A DNA stretch of 64,000 nt from an uncultured Actinomycetes bacterium (GCA_963783345.1 CAWANE010000020.1:36236-100235); one strand, 5' to 3'; shown: positions 8,670-18,095, numbered from the stretch's first letter. Notes: generated by a model not told the origin, from the letters alone. Numbers and translations: made by a program.

Positions 8670-8818
8670 GATTCCTGTCGCCCGGTATCTAGCCAAGTCT
8701 CCGCTGGGGGAGGGGAGAATCCCGCCTCGCCGCGACTCAAAGAGATGTGCACCGACAGGAGAGGCTCCCTGGGATCGAGACCGACCAACGATCCGCCGGC
8801 ACCCATAAAGTCGTTGGG

Positions 8819-10465
8819 ATGACCGCGACGCTGACCGAGCGCGAAGCCAAGAAGGCGCTCGGCGCCTTCTACACCCCGCCCGAGATGGCGGCCGCGCTCG
8901 TCGACTGGGCGGTGCGCTCGTCGACTGATCGGGTCTTCGATCCCAGCTTCGGCGGCTCCGTCTTCCTCGAAGCAGCACTGCGGCGGCTCGAGCAGCTGGG
9001 GGCAAGTCCCGCGGCTACCCAGGCACAGGTCTTCGGCGCCGACGTCGATGAGGGCGCGTTCCTCCGGACAGCCCCAGGGACCGGGGAGGCCACGCTCTAT
9101 CGCGGCGACTTCTTCGAGATGCGACCCGGCGAGGAGGTTCCGCGGGTCGAGGCGGTTGTCGGCAACCCCCCCTACATTCGCTATCAAGACTTCAATGGCA
9201 CCGCCGAGGCCGCTCATCGAATCGCCGCCGAGGCCGGCGTTCCGCTTACTCGCCTCGCTTCCTCGTGGGCGCCATTCTTGATCCACGCGACCAGCTTCGT
9301 CAGCGACGGTGGTCGGATGGCGCAGGTTCTGCCGGCGGAGCTGATCCATGCCCAGTACGCGGCCGGGATAACCCGCTTCCTCGCGGCGAACTTCAAGCGC
9401 GTCGCGATTGCCCTCTTTGACCAACGAGTCTTCCCCGGTGCCCTCGAGGAGGTCGTCCTCCTCTTCGCCGAGGAGCGGACCGGGGACGCACAGGGGTCCG
9501 TCGACCTCGTCTCGTTCGACTCCCTCGCTGAGCTTGACGCCTCGCAGCTCTTCCCTGCCACCGCTTCCGCTGATTCGCAGACCCCCGGGAAGCTTTTGGG
9601 CAGGCTCCTGCCCGCCGCCACCCGAGCCCTCCTCGCCGAGCTCTCCGAAAGATCCGAGACCTCGGAACTCAGTGACGTCGCAGCGGTCGACATCGGTGCG
9701 GTCACCGGAGCCAACGACTTCTTCCTGCTCACCCGGACCGAGGCGAAGGGCATGCCCCAGCGAACCGTCCGACCAGCCGTCAGCAAGGCAGCGCAGATCC
9801 CGGGGGCACGGATCTCCGCTGACGATCATCGCCAGCTTCTGGACGAGGGCCGAAAGGGCCTCCTGTTCGCACTCGAAGCGGGCGTTGAGCCAAGGAGTTC
9901 AGCGGTGCAACGCCGCATTGCTCTGGGCGAGGAGACGGGGATCCCCGACGGCTACAAATGTCGCGTTCGGGACCCCTGGTGGTCGGTACCGATCCCAAGG
10001 CGCGGCGTCGCCGATCTCCTCCTGACCTACTTCGCAAGCGAGCACCCGCGCCTTGTTCTCAACGAGGCCGACGTCCTTCAGACGAACACGATCCACGGCG
10101 TCTACCTCAAGGCACCCCTCGACGCCGCCGCTCTCACCGTCGCCTTCTACAACAGCCTCACGCTCCTTAGCGCGGAGCTCGTCGGGCGCAGCTACGGCGG
10201 CGGCGTCTTGAAGCTCGAGCCAACCGAGGCCGGGTCGTTGATCCTGCCACCTGTGCCCGAGACCCTGGGGGGATTGCTGGACGATGTCGATGCGCTGATC
10301 CGCCGCCGCGATCTCGAGGCCGCCCTCGAACTCGTCGACCCGATCGTCCTGGGCGAGGGTTTGGGGCTCTCGGACGAGGAGATCCGCGCGCTTCGCGCGG
10401 GCGGTGCGCAGCTCCGCGCCAGGCGCCGGTCGCGCGGCGCCCGGCCGGCGCCTGTCCAGAACTAG
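8819..10465 (+). CDS. N6-adenine DNA methyltransferase (gamma class, Eco57I/TaqI-like)
   Basis: FYTPPE, motif I VFDPSFGGSVFL and motif IV VVGNPPYIRY. ATG 8819 is chosen. Confidence 0.85.
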   Translation: MTATLTEREAKKALGAFYTPPEMAAALVDWAVRSSTDRVFDPSFGGSVFLEAALRRLEQLGASPAATQAQVFGADVDEGAFLRTAPGTGEATLYRGDFFEMRPGEEVPRVEAVVGNPPYIRYQDFNGTAEAAHRIAAEAGVPLTRLASSWAPFLIHATSFVSDGGRMAQVLPAELIHAQYAAGITRFLAANFKRVAIALFDQRVFPGALEEVVLLFAEERTGDAQGSVDLVSFDSLAELDASQLFPATASADSQTPGKLLGRLLPAATRALLAELSERSETSELSDVAAVDIGAVTGANDFFLLTRTEAKGMPQRTVRPAVSKAAQIPGARISADDHRQLLDEGRKGLLFALEAGVEPRSSAVQRRIALGEETGIPDGYKCRVRDPWWSVPIPRRGVADLLLTYFASEHPRLVLNEADVLQTNTIHGVYLKAPLDAAALTVAFYNSLTLLSAELVGRSYGGGVLKLEPTEAGSLILPPVPETLGGLLDDVDALIRRRDLEAALELVDPIVLGEGLGLSDEEIRALRAGGAQLRARRRSRGARPAPVQN

Positions 10466-11247
10466 GGCAGGTTCCGCAGCGCAGTGCAGACCTGAGAGAG
10501 GACCCTGTCGAGCTCGATGTTCGCTGCCCTTACGTCCTTGGCAACGTAGGCGTCCTTGCGCTCGTTCCAGCCGTAGCAGTACACGCCGCAGGCGTCGAAC
10601 CAGACGCTCGCCACGTGGCCATAGTCGATCGTGCGCCTCAGGTCGACTTCGTCGATCGTGCGCACCGCGAGGAACATGTAGCAGAGGGGCGGAGCTCGCC
10701 TGATCCACGTGCCGAGGTCGGAGGTCGGACCCCCTCCTTCGCCAGCCAGTCGCGCCTGCTCTGCCTTGATGTCGATGTTCTTGAAGCTCGCCTCCTTGAT
10801 CCGCTTCTCAAGGTCGGCGGAGCCGGGTCGTCCTTCAGGGTTCTTCTGCCTCTCGTTGCCCGGGTGCTTGGGGAGTCCGGTCGCCTTCGTCTCAATCACG
10901 AGATCGACGGCGCCGCTTGCCGGGTAGGCGACGTCGAGCTTGTGCTTCTTGAAGCTGAGCCCGGGAACTCCCGGCCTGCTGTGCAGCTCCTTGCCCGAGC
11001 AGTTCGCGAGCAGCAACGCCAGCATGTCGTTGAAGAAATCGCCCTTGCCGTTTCGCATGTCGCCGGCGTCAGCGATGCCATCGGCTACGAGTTCATCGAA
11101 TTCCCGCATTGCCCTCAGGTAGATCTCCTCGACCTGCAGGAAGGTCCGTGCGCCCATCTCACGCATCTCGACCAGGGCAGCCTGTAGAGGCGCCCGTCCG
11201 GGCTTGCCGATCTTCTCGGCACTCAGCGTCTGCGTCTTCCGGGCCAC
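10462..11247 (-). CDS. Putative type II restriction endonuclease (PD-ExK) partner of the methyltransferase
   Basis: Convergent with the methyltransferase, with the two stop codons interlocked in CTAG (10462-10465). Candidate catalytic motif is KLDVAYP...VDLVIETK. The start is uncertain. Confidence 0.55.
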   Translation of the reverse strand: MARKTQTLSAEKIGKPGRAPLQAALVEMREMGARTFLQVEEIYLRAMREFDELVADGIADAGDMRNGKGDFFNDMLALLLANCSGKELHSRPGVPGLSFKKHKLDVAYPASGAVDLVIETKATGLPKHPGNERQKNPEGRPGSADLEKRIKEASFKNIDIKAEQARLAGEGGGPTSDLGTWIRRAPPLCYMFLAVRTIDEVDLRRTIDYGHVASVWFDACGVYCYGWNERKDAYVAKDVRAANIELDRVLSQVCTALRNLP

Positions 11248-11378
11248 TCCAGCCCTGGACCCTAACGTCCCCCGAATGACTTCAGGTCGATCACTGGCGG
11301 CGACTGAACGCGGTCCTGCTGTAACCAGTCCAGTTTTCGCGCGCCCTCCGCGAGGCCACGGCGATACGCTAGGCGCAC

Positions 11379-11942
11379 ATGACGGCCAACAGATACTTGC
11401 GGGGTCTGGTCGCCGGGATCGTGTTGCTCGGCCTGTTGGGGGCGACTGCGGGCACGGGCGATGCCAGTTCGGAATTGCACATAGCGATCGCTGGCGTCAA
11501 GCCGAAGATGAGCCGGGGTCAGGTGCGGCACAAGCTTGGGAAGCCGACCAAGATCACGACCTGGTTCGAAGTGCACGGGCGTGCGCTGGAGCGCGAATGG
11601 CACTACGCGTCGCGGCTGATCGTGTACTTCGAAATCGGACGGGGAGGGCATGTGCGCCGGGTCGCCCACGTGCGCACCTATAGCCCCCGGGACCGTCTCC
11701 CAAACGGGATCCACGTCGGCGTTCGCGAAGCGGCCTTGCACCGCAAGCTCGGCGGTAGTCTCGTCTGCGCGAAGTACTCTGGGTGGCCGGAAACTCCCTT
11801 CCCCAGCGGCTACCTGTGCACGTGGTTCCCCGTGAAGGCAAACGCGCCGTGCGGAGACAATCTCAAGTTCTACATGCGGCACAAGCACGGACGAGTCGTG
11901 TACATGGACCTCGAGAGGGACACCTACGAGGCCTGTGGCTGA
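11379..11942 (+). CDS. Secreted hypothetical protein
   Basis: Signal-peptide-like N-terminus LRGLVAGIVLLGLLGATAGTGDA. Several Cys residues lie in the C-terminal part. Confidence 0.6.
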   Translation: MTANRYLRGLVAGIVLLGLLGATAGTGDASSELHIAIAGVKPKMSRGQVRHKLGKPTKITTWFEVHGRALEREWHYASRLIVYFEIGRGGHVRRVAHVRTYSPRDRLPNGIHVGVREAALHRKLGGSLVCAKYSGWPETPFPSGYLCTWFPVKANAPCGDNLKFYMRHKHGRVVYMDLERDTYEACG

Positions 11943-11966
11943 CGAGGCCCAGGTACACGTGCTCGC

Positions 11967-12779
11967 TCAGGATTCGCTGGCGTTCTCGAGAATCGGCTCA
12001 GTGTTGCGATAGATCAGCTCCCGGGCGTGGGCGGCAAGCTCCAGCACCGCGGTCGGGCCGCCACCGAAGCGGATCCGGTCACCGACCCGGAGGCGCCGTT
12101 GCCCCACGACCTCGTCGCCGTTCACAGAGGTGCCGTTGCCCGTCCCGAGATCGACGAGCCACGCCTCCATGCCGCGGCAGCGGAGGCGCGCGTGCTCACG
12201 CGAGACCTCGGGCGACTCCAGCCGGATGTCGGAGTCGATGCCCCGTCCGACGGTCATCTCCCCGTCGAGCGCGGTCCGCTCGCCGGCGACGTTGAGTTCG
12301 AGCAACGGCCCCTCAGTCCGCTCGGGGGTGCGCATCCTGGTTCGCTCCGAAACGGCTGCGACGACGCCTACCGTCCCGTGTGAGACCCGCGCGTCGGCCT
12401 TGACCCGAACCCGCGGCTCGCCCAGTATTCGGAAGGGCAGGTCGCCGTCGCGGTGGCCGTTCTTCACAGCGGCTTGGAGCAACGCCGCCACGCCAGCGCA
12501 GAATTCGTCGGTCAGGGCGCCGATCGCCCGGTAGTCCTGGGGGTGCAGGAGGACGAGGATGTCGTTGGGCAAGTGTCGGGCCGAGATCATCACCGACGCC
12601 CGGTCGCACACGAGGTTCGCCGCTGCGCGCTGGAGATCGGCCATCGTCTGCAGGCCGAGCGCAGCGCGCCAGCGCGCGACGGCGTTGCTCGTCGCGAGAC
12701 GGGATTCGGTGCCGAGGCGGCGCACCATCGCATAGACGGCAGCGCCAATGAGCAACAGTACAAGTAGGGAGGGGAGCAT
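11967..12779 (-). CDS. FHA-domain protein with N-terminal TM helix (FhaA-like layout)
   Basis: C-terminal FHA signature is TVGRGIDSDIRLESPEVSREHARL...WLVDLGTGNGTSVNG. N-terminus is LPSLLVLLLIGAAVYAMV. Confidence 0.8.
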   Translation of the reverse strand: MLPSLLVLLLIGAAVYAMVRRLGTESRLATSNAVARWRAALGLQTMADLQRAAANLVCDRASVMISARHLPNDILVLLHPQDYRAIGALTDEFCAGVAALLQAAVKNGHRDGDLPFRILGEPRVRVKADARVSHGTVGVVAAVSERTRMRTPERTEGPLLELNVAGERTALDGEMTVGRGIDSDIRLESPEVSREHARLRCRGMEAWLVDLGTGNGTSVNGDEVVGQRRLRVGDRIRFGGGPTAVLELAAHARELIYRNTEPILENASES

Positions 12780-12846
12780 CGATACGCCTCCTTGTCGAGT
12801 TTTCGCGTTCGCCGATGTTCCCCGTGCCCTCGCCGCATTTCATCCC

Positions 12847-12876
12847 CTCCTGAGGGGAAGTCCTTCCCCTCAGGAG
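12847..12876 (-). terminator. 13-bp perfect hairpin overlapping the stop of the FHA-HTH gene
   Basis: CTCCTGAGGGGAA-GTCC-TTCCCCTCAGGAG. Confidence 0.55.
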
Positions 12877-13454
12877 TCGCGCGTCGGCGTCGCCCGCCAC
12901 CGCGAGTTCGCAAGCGCCAATCGGCGCTGGCTCTGCGTGAGTTCAGGTGGGATCTCGAGCCGCTCGAGTAGCAGCGAGATATGGTCGCTGACCGTTTCCG
13001 GCTTGATGTGGAGCCTGTCCGCGATGTCCTGGTTCGAAGGCAGCACGCCGTCTCGGGCTTCGTGCAGGATCGTCAACACCTGATAGGGACGCGCGCCCAC
13101 GTAGACGGTCGGTCCCATCGGCGGCGTCTTCTGGCTGGGGGTCGCGCTGAACCGCAACCTGGTGGCGCCGAGGATCAGGACATCCCCGTGGTGCAGCTCC
13201 TTGGAGGTTCCTTCGAGACGGCGAGGCCGCCCCCCCTCCGGGCAAACCTTGGTGCCGTTGCTCGAGCTGTCGCTGAGGACCCAGCGGCCGCCCTGTGCGT
13301 CCAGCCTGGCGTGGGCTGCCGAGACGTGGACGTCGTCATCGATTATAAGGTCGTTCCCGACCCCACTGCCGATGGTGACTGGAGAGTGGTCAGGGTCGAG
13401 ACCAAAGGCCAGACGCTTCTGAGACACCCAGACGAGGCGAGCGTGGCCGACCAT
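12870..13454 (-). CDS. FHA domain fused to a C-terminal HTH (LuxR / sigma region-4-like)
   Basis: FHA: TIGSGVGNDLIIDDDVHVSAAHARL...WVLSDSSSNGTKV. HTH: LPSNQDIADRLHIKPETVSDHISLLLERL. Confidence 0.75.
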   Translation of the reverse strand: MVGHARLVWVSQKRLAFGLDPDHSPVTIGSGVGNDLIIDDDVHVSAAHARLDAQGGRWVLSDSSSNGTKVCPEGGRPRRLEGTSKELHHGDVLILGATRLRFSATPSQKTPPMGPTVYVGARPYQVLTILHEARDGVLPSNQDIADRLHIKPETVSDHISLLLERLEIPPELTQSQRRLALANSRWRATPTRDS

Positions 13455-13532
13455 CTCTCATATTCTCCGATCCATGCGCGCTCCGAATCGAACCGCCCTC
13501 GTAGCGTCGTGCCATCCGTCCGGGGAGGGGCC

Positions 13533-15191
13533 GTGCTAGAGGTAGGGCAGAAGATCGGTCAAGACGATAACGGATGCGAGAAGTACGAAGTTGACGAACT
13601 CTACGGCGAAGGTGGGCACGCCGTCGTCTTCCGCGGTCACCGCGTATCAACCGGCGACGAAGAGGTCGCGATCAAGTCGATCCGCCCGAAGTACAGCCAC
13701 GACGGCGCCTTCGTGAAGCGCTTCAGGCGCGAGCAGGAACAGATGAAGGAGCATCGCGACCACCCGAATCTGTCGCCCGCCGAGGACTGGGAACGCCTCT
13801 CGGATGGGACGCTCTGGCTGGCGATGAGGTGGATCGATGGCGACAGCCTCGAGGCGCTGGTCGAGAGCGAAGGGCCGCTGCGGCCGATCGAGGCCGCAGA
13901 GCTGATTGCCCAGGCCGCCAACGGTCTCGCGGCGGTTCACCACAAGCCTCCCTACGTGGTACATCGCGACCTACACCCCGGCAACCTTATGGTCGAGGAC
14001 GGCAGGGCGATCATCATCGACTTCGGCCTGGCCAAGCGCTACGACCACACGAGTGGTAGCCCCATCGGCCCCCAGCCAGGGCCCTACAACGCCCCCGAGC
14101 TCGTCCTCGGCAGGGAGCTGACGCCGAAGTCCGATGTCTACAGCCTTGGCTTGGATCTAGCCTTCGCCCTCACCGGCGTCCCGCCCAGCGACGGGCGACC
14201 GCAGTTCCCGCCCAACATCGCGGTGCCGCGATCTCTGCGACGCCTCATTCGGAATGCAACCTCCAGCGAGCCCGGGGACCGGCCCGACGCCGCGACCTTT
14301 GCCGAAGAGCTGCACGAGGCTGCGCAGGAGCTCCGGGCCGGCCGGAGGCGGCGAGCAGTCGCGGCTGGCTGGCTGGCGGCCGCCTGCCTGGTGGCTGCGG
14401 TCGCCACCTTCCTCGTCGCCCAGGACCTAAGTGGGTCAGCCGCGAATGTGCACGACGTTTCGGTCGCCGGCCTCCAGCTCACGGTTCCGGCGAGCTGGAA
14501 GCAGACGACCAGCTCTGCCCGCGCCCATGCACTTGGCCTCGACACCGCCTTGCGCGCCCCTGCTGCCACAGTGCTGGTCGGCACGGTCGCGCCCGCGGAG
14601 CTACCGCTGGCGCGGGGCGAGGGGGGCGCGGTTTCGGTCCGGCTCCCGGTCGGACCGGCTCTGCGCTCGGACCAAGACGTCCCGCTCGGCGCGGATCGCG
14701 GATACTTCCTCCGCGTTGGCGACCAAGTCGTAGCCGTCCTTTGCATCGCGAAGCCGAGCGTTGACGCTCTCGCGGCACGCCGAACCTGCGACCGACTGGG
14801 GTCCACGATCCGCACCGACCAGTCCGTCTCGGCGATCTCCAGCCCCAGCCAGGCGCTGCGCAGGCAGGTCAGCGCGGCGCTGGCGGGCTACGCAGCGGCC
14901 AGCCAGCGCGGGACGCGGCGGGTCAAGGCTGCACGCACCCAGGCGGCTGCCCGGCGGGCAGCCGCGGACGCGGCCGATGAAGCAACCGCCGCCGCGAACC
15001 GGGTTCGGGCCCCCTCCCTGCGCCGCCTCCGCATCGCCCTTCTCGATGCCGCCGCAGCCTGGCGCTCGGCGGCCCACGCGGCGGCCCACGGCCACCACCG
15101 CGCCTTCGTTCACGCCGGCGCTCGTGTCGCCGCAGCGGACCAAACCATCGCCCGTGCCCGGGCCGGCCTGCGCGCCCTCGGCTTTCGCTGA
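13533..15191 (+). CDS. Hanks-type Ser/Thr protein kinase with TM helix and extracytoplasmic domain
   Basis: GEGGHAVVF, VAIKSI, HRDLHPGNLMV, DFGLAK and NAPEL, then TM WLAAACLVAAVATFLVA. The first ~184 codons of ORF 12981..15191 are antisense to the FHA gene and were trimmed. GTG 13533 is chosen and the start is approximate. Confidence 0.8.
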   Translation: MLEVGQKIGQDDNGCEKYEVDELYGEGGHAVVFRGHRVSTGDEEVAIKSIRPKYSHDGAFVKRFRREQEQMKEHRDHPNLSPAEDWERLSDGTLWLAMRWIDGDSLEALVESEGPLRPIEAAELIAQAANGLAAVHHKPPYVVHRDLHPGNLMVEDGRAIIIDFGLAKRYDHTSGSPIGPQPGPYNAPELVLGRELTPKSDVYSLGLDLAFALTGVPPSDGRPQFPPNIAVPRSLRRLIRNATSSEPGDRPDAATFAEELHEAAQELRAGRRRRAVAAGWLAAACLVAAVATFLVAQDLSGSAANVHDVSVAGLQLTVPASWKQTTSSARAHALGLDTALRAPAATVLVGTVAPAELPLARGEGGAVSVRLPVGPALRSDQDVPLGADRGYFLRVGDQVVAVLCIAKPSVDALAARRTCDRLGSTIRTDQSVSAISSPSQALRRQVSAALAGYAAASQRGTRRVKAARTQAAARRAAADAADEATAAANRVRAPSLRRLRIALLDAAAAWRSAAHAAAHGHHRAFVHAGARVAAADQTIARARAGLRALGFR

Positions 15192-15218
15192 TCAATCCCC
15201 AGGCCTACACTGTTCAAC

Positions 15219-15608
15219 GTGGCCAAGCGCAGGGTTCCGCTTCTTCCAGCCGTAATGACGCTGCTCGTCGTCATCGCGGTCGTTTCGTTCGTCGGACTCC
15301 GACGGACCGACACCAACTCCTCCGCTCTTCCCCCGGACCAAGTCCGCGTGCTCGGCACCACCGAGGCTTGGCCGCATCTGCCCCGCTACGACCCGGGTTC
15401 TGGCTGGGGCGCCCTGCCGAGCCCTAAGCCGGCCGGCTCCGCCGAAGCGGAACCGACCACCAGAGGCGCTGAATCCCCACAGGTGGAAGAACCGGCCGGA
15501 TCGAGCTACACCCCGCCGTCGGAACCAGCGCCGTCCTCCAGCGGATCCGGCAGCTCCAGCAGCACCTCGTCGGGGTCGCGACCCTACGGTGTCACCTTCT
15601 CCCGATAG
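15219..15608 (+). CDS. Membrane-anchored Pro/Ser-rich protein
   Basis: TM LLPAVMTLLVVIAVVSFVGL followed by a low-complexity P/S/G tail. Lies immediately downstream of the kinase. Confidence 0.5.
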   Translation: MAKRRVPLLPAVMTLLVVIAVVSFVGLRRTDTNSSALPPDQVRVLGTTEAWPHLPRYDPGSGWGALPSPKPAGSAEAEPTTRGAESPQVEEPAGSSYTPPSEPAPSSSGSGSSSSTSSGSRPYGVTFSR

Positions 15609-15616
15609 GAGCATGG

Positions 15617-16360
15617 ATGAGCTTGTCAATGACGAGGTTCGTCGGGACCGCCCTCCTACTCGCCACGATCGTGCTCTGGCGTCCGCACATTGCGAATGCC
15701 GATGGATACAGCGACTACGTCGGCTGCTCGGCGGGCATCGACGCTCAGCCGGCCGAACTGTGCAATCTGAACAGGAGACCCAGTGCGTTCTTCGAATCGC
15801 CCGACGCCGATGTCGAATACGAAATCTGTGTCTACTACCCGGGCGATCTAAACAAGCACGAATGTCTCGACCACCAAGTCGCAGTCGCTGGCACCCTCTA
15901 CGAAAACCCGCTGCCGCGACTGATTTGGCCAGGGAACTACTACGTCACCTGGTCGGTCGCCGGAGTCGAAGTCGGCTCCTGGGAATTCGACGCCGAGGAG
16001 ATCGCAGTCCCGCCGGGCTCGCGAGTCGCCCTCCTCGCCTGCTCCCACTCGGCCCAATCCTCCCTGATCACCTTTGCGCCGCGGCCGCGGATATGCACCC
16101 AGTTCAAGCACTCGACGATCGATCGCGCCCATGAAATCTGGATGAGCAGGCTTCACTGGCGCCACTGGGGCTCCCGTCACGCGGTGGGAGTGGGCCGCTG
16201 GAAGAAGTGCGGAAAGCAGGGCTGCCGCTGGGGGCCAGTGAAGCTGGTCGCCTTGAATCCCCAGATGGCGTGCGGATACCGATCCTACACCCGCCTGAAG
16301 ATCTGGATTCGCGGTCGACGAGGGACCCGGCACTACTCGGTCGCGCCGGTGACCTGCTGA
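15617..16360 (+). CDS. Secreted Cys-rich hypothetical protein
   Basis: Signal peptide FVGTALLLATIVLWRPHIANA, with multiple Cys residues. Confidence 0.55.
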   Translation: MSLSMTRFVGTALLLATIVLWRPHIANADGYSDYVGCSAGIDAQPAELCNLNRRPSAFFESPDADVEYEICVYYPGDLNKHECLDHQVAVAGTLYENPLPRLIWPGNYYVTWSVAGVEVGSWEFDAEEIAVPPGSRVALLACSHSAQSSLITFAPRPRICTQFKHSTIDRAHEIWMSRLHWRHWGSRHAVGVGRWKKCGKQGCRWGPVKLVALNPQMACGYRSYTRLKIWIRGRRGTRHYSVAPVTC

Positions 16361-16535
16361 CAGAGCAGACTGGCGGCGCCAGCAGAACAGAGGGTTTCAA
16401 CCCCGAATCGGCGTTCAAGCGGGAGGCCCCGACCCGCATCCCGGAAGCGCGAGCGGGGCGGCGAGACAGAGATCGAGCTTTCTCACAGGGCGCCACCGCC
16501 CAACCGAAAGTGGGCCAACGGCTCGGGAGCAGCTT

Positions 16536-18095
16536 CTAGAGACCGATGGACATGCTCCTGATCTGGCCAGTGAGCTGCTCAAGGTACTCCTGGTGCGCGG
16601 CCAGAAAGTCGGCAATCGGGTGGGCGCCGGTCTCCTCAAGCCGAGGGCCGCGAACGAGCCGGTCGTCCTCGGCGCGGAGACTGCTCATCGCCGGCTCCTC
16701 CGCCCCCGTGATCTCCGTTGCCGAGCAACGCAGTCCATGCCAGACGAGGAGGTCGTCCTCGACCTGCCACACCTCGTTGACGTTCCTCATCAGAAAGTAG
16801 TTGAAAAGGTCGCCCTCGAAGAAGCGGTCGAGCATCTCCTGTGGATCTTCCCGCACGGTCTCCCCGTCCCAGGTGATAAAGCCCACGATGCCCTCGGCCT
16901 CCCCCGCGAGGTCCGGTTCGGGGATTACCTGGAGTGAGGGGAGGTAGGCGGTCGACTCCGTCGCATGGGCCTTGAAGAGCCCCATCACGAGGTCGACCGG
17001 GTTGAACAGCGAGATAGCGACTGCCGGGGCCTGCTTCTCCTCGAGCTCGTCGAGGTAAAGGCCAACAATTCTCGCCCAGCTCGAGTTTCCGAGTAGGCAG
17101 CGGCCGAGGTCCTCCCGCACCCGTCTCCAGACCGGCGCGACGCGGGGGGAGGCGACCTGCTGGAAGATGGAGGAAAATCCGCCAACGTCACTCCTAATCA
17201 TCGCTAGAAGGTCATCGTCAGTTCGAAGCGCCGAAGAGAGGTGCTCGCCATAGCGGCGGATTTGCGTCGGCGGCCAATCGCTCTCCGTGGAACGAAACTT
17301 GTCGGGGCCAGTCGTCTCTGCGGTCATCCCGGCTGGGTGGGAGATATGGGAGGCCACCTCGCCGATCAAGGTTTCCTCCAGATAGACCGGGTTTTCCTCG
17401 ATGTCAAATTCCTCCGGCTCTAGCCCAAGGCTCTCGATCACCTCGAGGCGGCGGCTGGGCTCGACCATCGCCACGATGAAGCAATCGGCGAACGGGTAGA
17501 TCACGCGCTCACTTGCCCCGACGTAGTCCTGCTCGATCAACAGGTAGTCGGTGATGCCTACCTCCTCCGCAGCACGCACCCTCTCGTCGCGATGAGCCTC
17601 CCTTTCCTCCGCGGTCGTGTACAGGTAGACGAGGCCGTTTGGGCATAGCTCCAGCGAGCCGGCATCCTCGATCGCACTGACCGGCTCGAGCCCCGTGAGG
17701 ACCCCCTCATCATCCACCTCGATCTCGTAGCCGTCAACGTGGTAGGGAGCGCTCGCCGTGAACTCCGAGAAGGGGACCAGCAGCTCGTGCCAGTCGGTTG
17801 ACAAGACGACGCAGCGCACGGCGTCCTCGGCGACTCCATGGTTACTGCGAAGCAGCGCCGTGTACTTGAAGATCTCGTGGATCGCCTGGCGCGCGGTGGC
17901 GTCGCTGCGCTTGATCTCGATCACGACAAGGAGGCCGAATCGGTCCCTTGCGAGGATGTCGATGAACCCCTTGCCGCCGATCGGGTTCGGGAGTTTGTAC
18001 TCGGTCTCGATCAGCTCGAGACCGTCTTCTAACTTGCCGAGGTCCTCGGCCAGGGCGTCCCTAATCAGATTCTCCGGCGGCCGGGGCTGCGTGAT
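16536..18095 (-). CDS. NucS/DUF4263(Shedu)-type PD-(D/E)xK nuclease domain fused to a ~450-aa unrecognised C-terminal region; start codon unresolved
   Basis: The ORF track starts at GTG 17924 (VIEIKR). The same frame stays open for 60 more codons to a TAA at 18105-18107. Those codons encode ...ENLIRDALAEDLGKLEDGLELIETEYKLPNPIGGKGFIDILARDRFGLLVVIEIKRSDATARQAIHEIFKY, which is the D...E-x-K...Y core. No ATG/GTG/TTG lies in that extension, so 18095 (ATC) is only a nominal start. Confidence 0.6.
   Translation of the reverse strand: MTQPRPPENLIRDALAEDLGKLEDGLELIETEYKLPNPIGGKGFIDILARDRFGLLVVIEIKRSDATARQAIHEIFKYTALLRSNHGVAEDAVRCVVLSTDWHELLVPFSEFTASAPYHVDGYEIEVDDEGVLTGLEPVSAIEDAGSLELCPNGLVYLYTTAEEREAHRDERVRAAEEVGITDYLLIEQDYVGASERVIYPFADCFIVAMVEPSRRLEVIESLGLEPEEFDIEENPVYLEETLIGEVASHISHPAGMTAETTGPDKFRSTESDWPPTQIRRYGEHLSSALRTDDDLLAMIRSDVGGFSSIFQQVASPRVAPVWRRVREDLGRCLLGNSSWARIVGLYLDELEEKQAPAVAISLFNPVDLVMGLFKAHATESTAYLPSLQVIPEPDLAGEAEGIVGFITWDGETVREDPQEMLDRFFEGDLFNYFLMRNVNEVWQVEDDLLVWHGLRCSATEITGAEEPAMSSLRAEDDRLVRGPRLEETGAHPIADFLAAHQEYLEQLTGQIRSMSIGL

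Noticed and set aside
12981-13532. N-terminal 184 codons of the 736-aa ORF containing the kinase
   Set aside because: This part is antisense to the FHA-HTH gene (12870-13454), which has a clear FHA signature. Kinase homology (the Gly-rich loop) begins only after ~13560, so the CDS was trimmed to GTG 13533.
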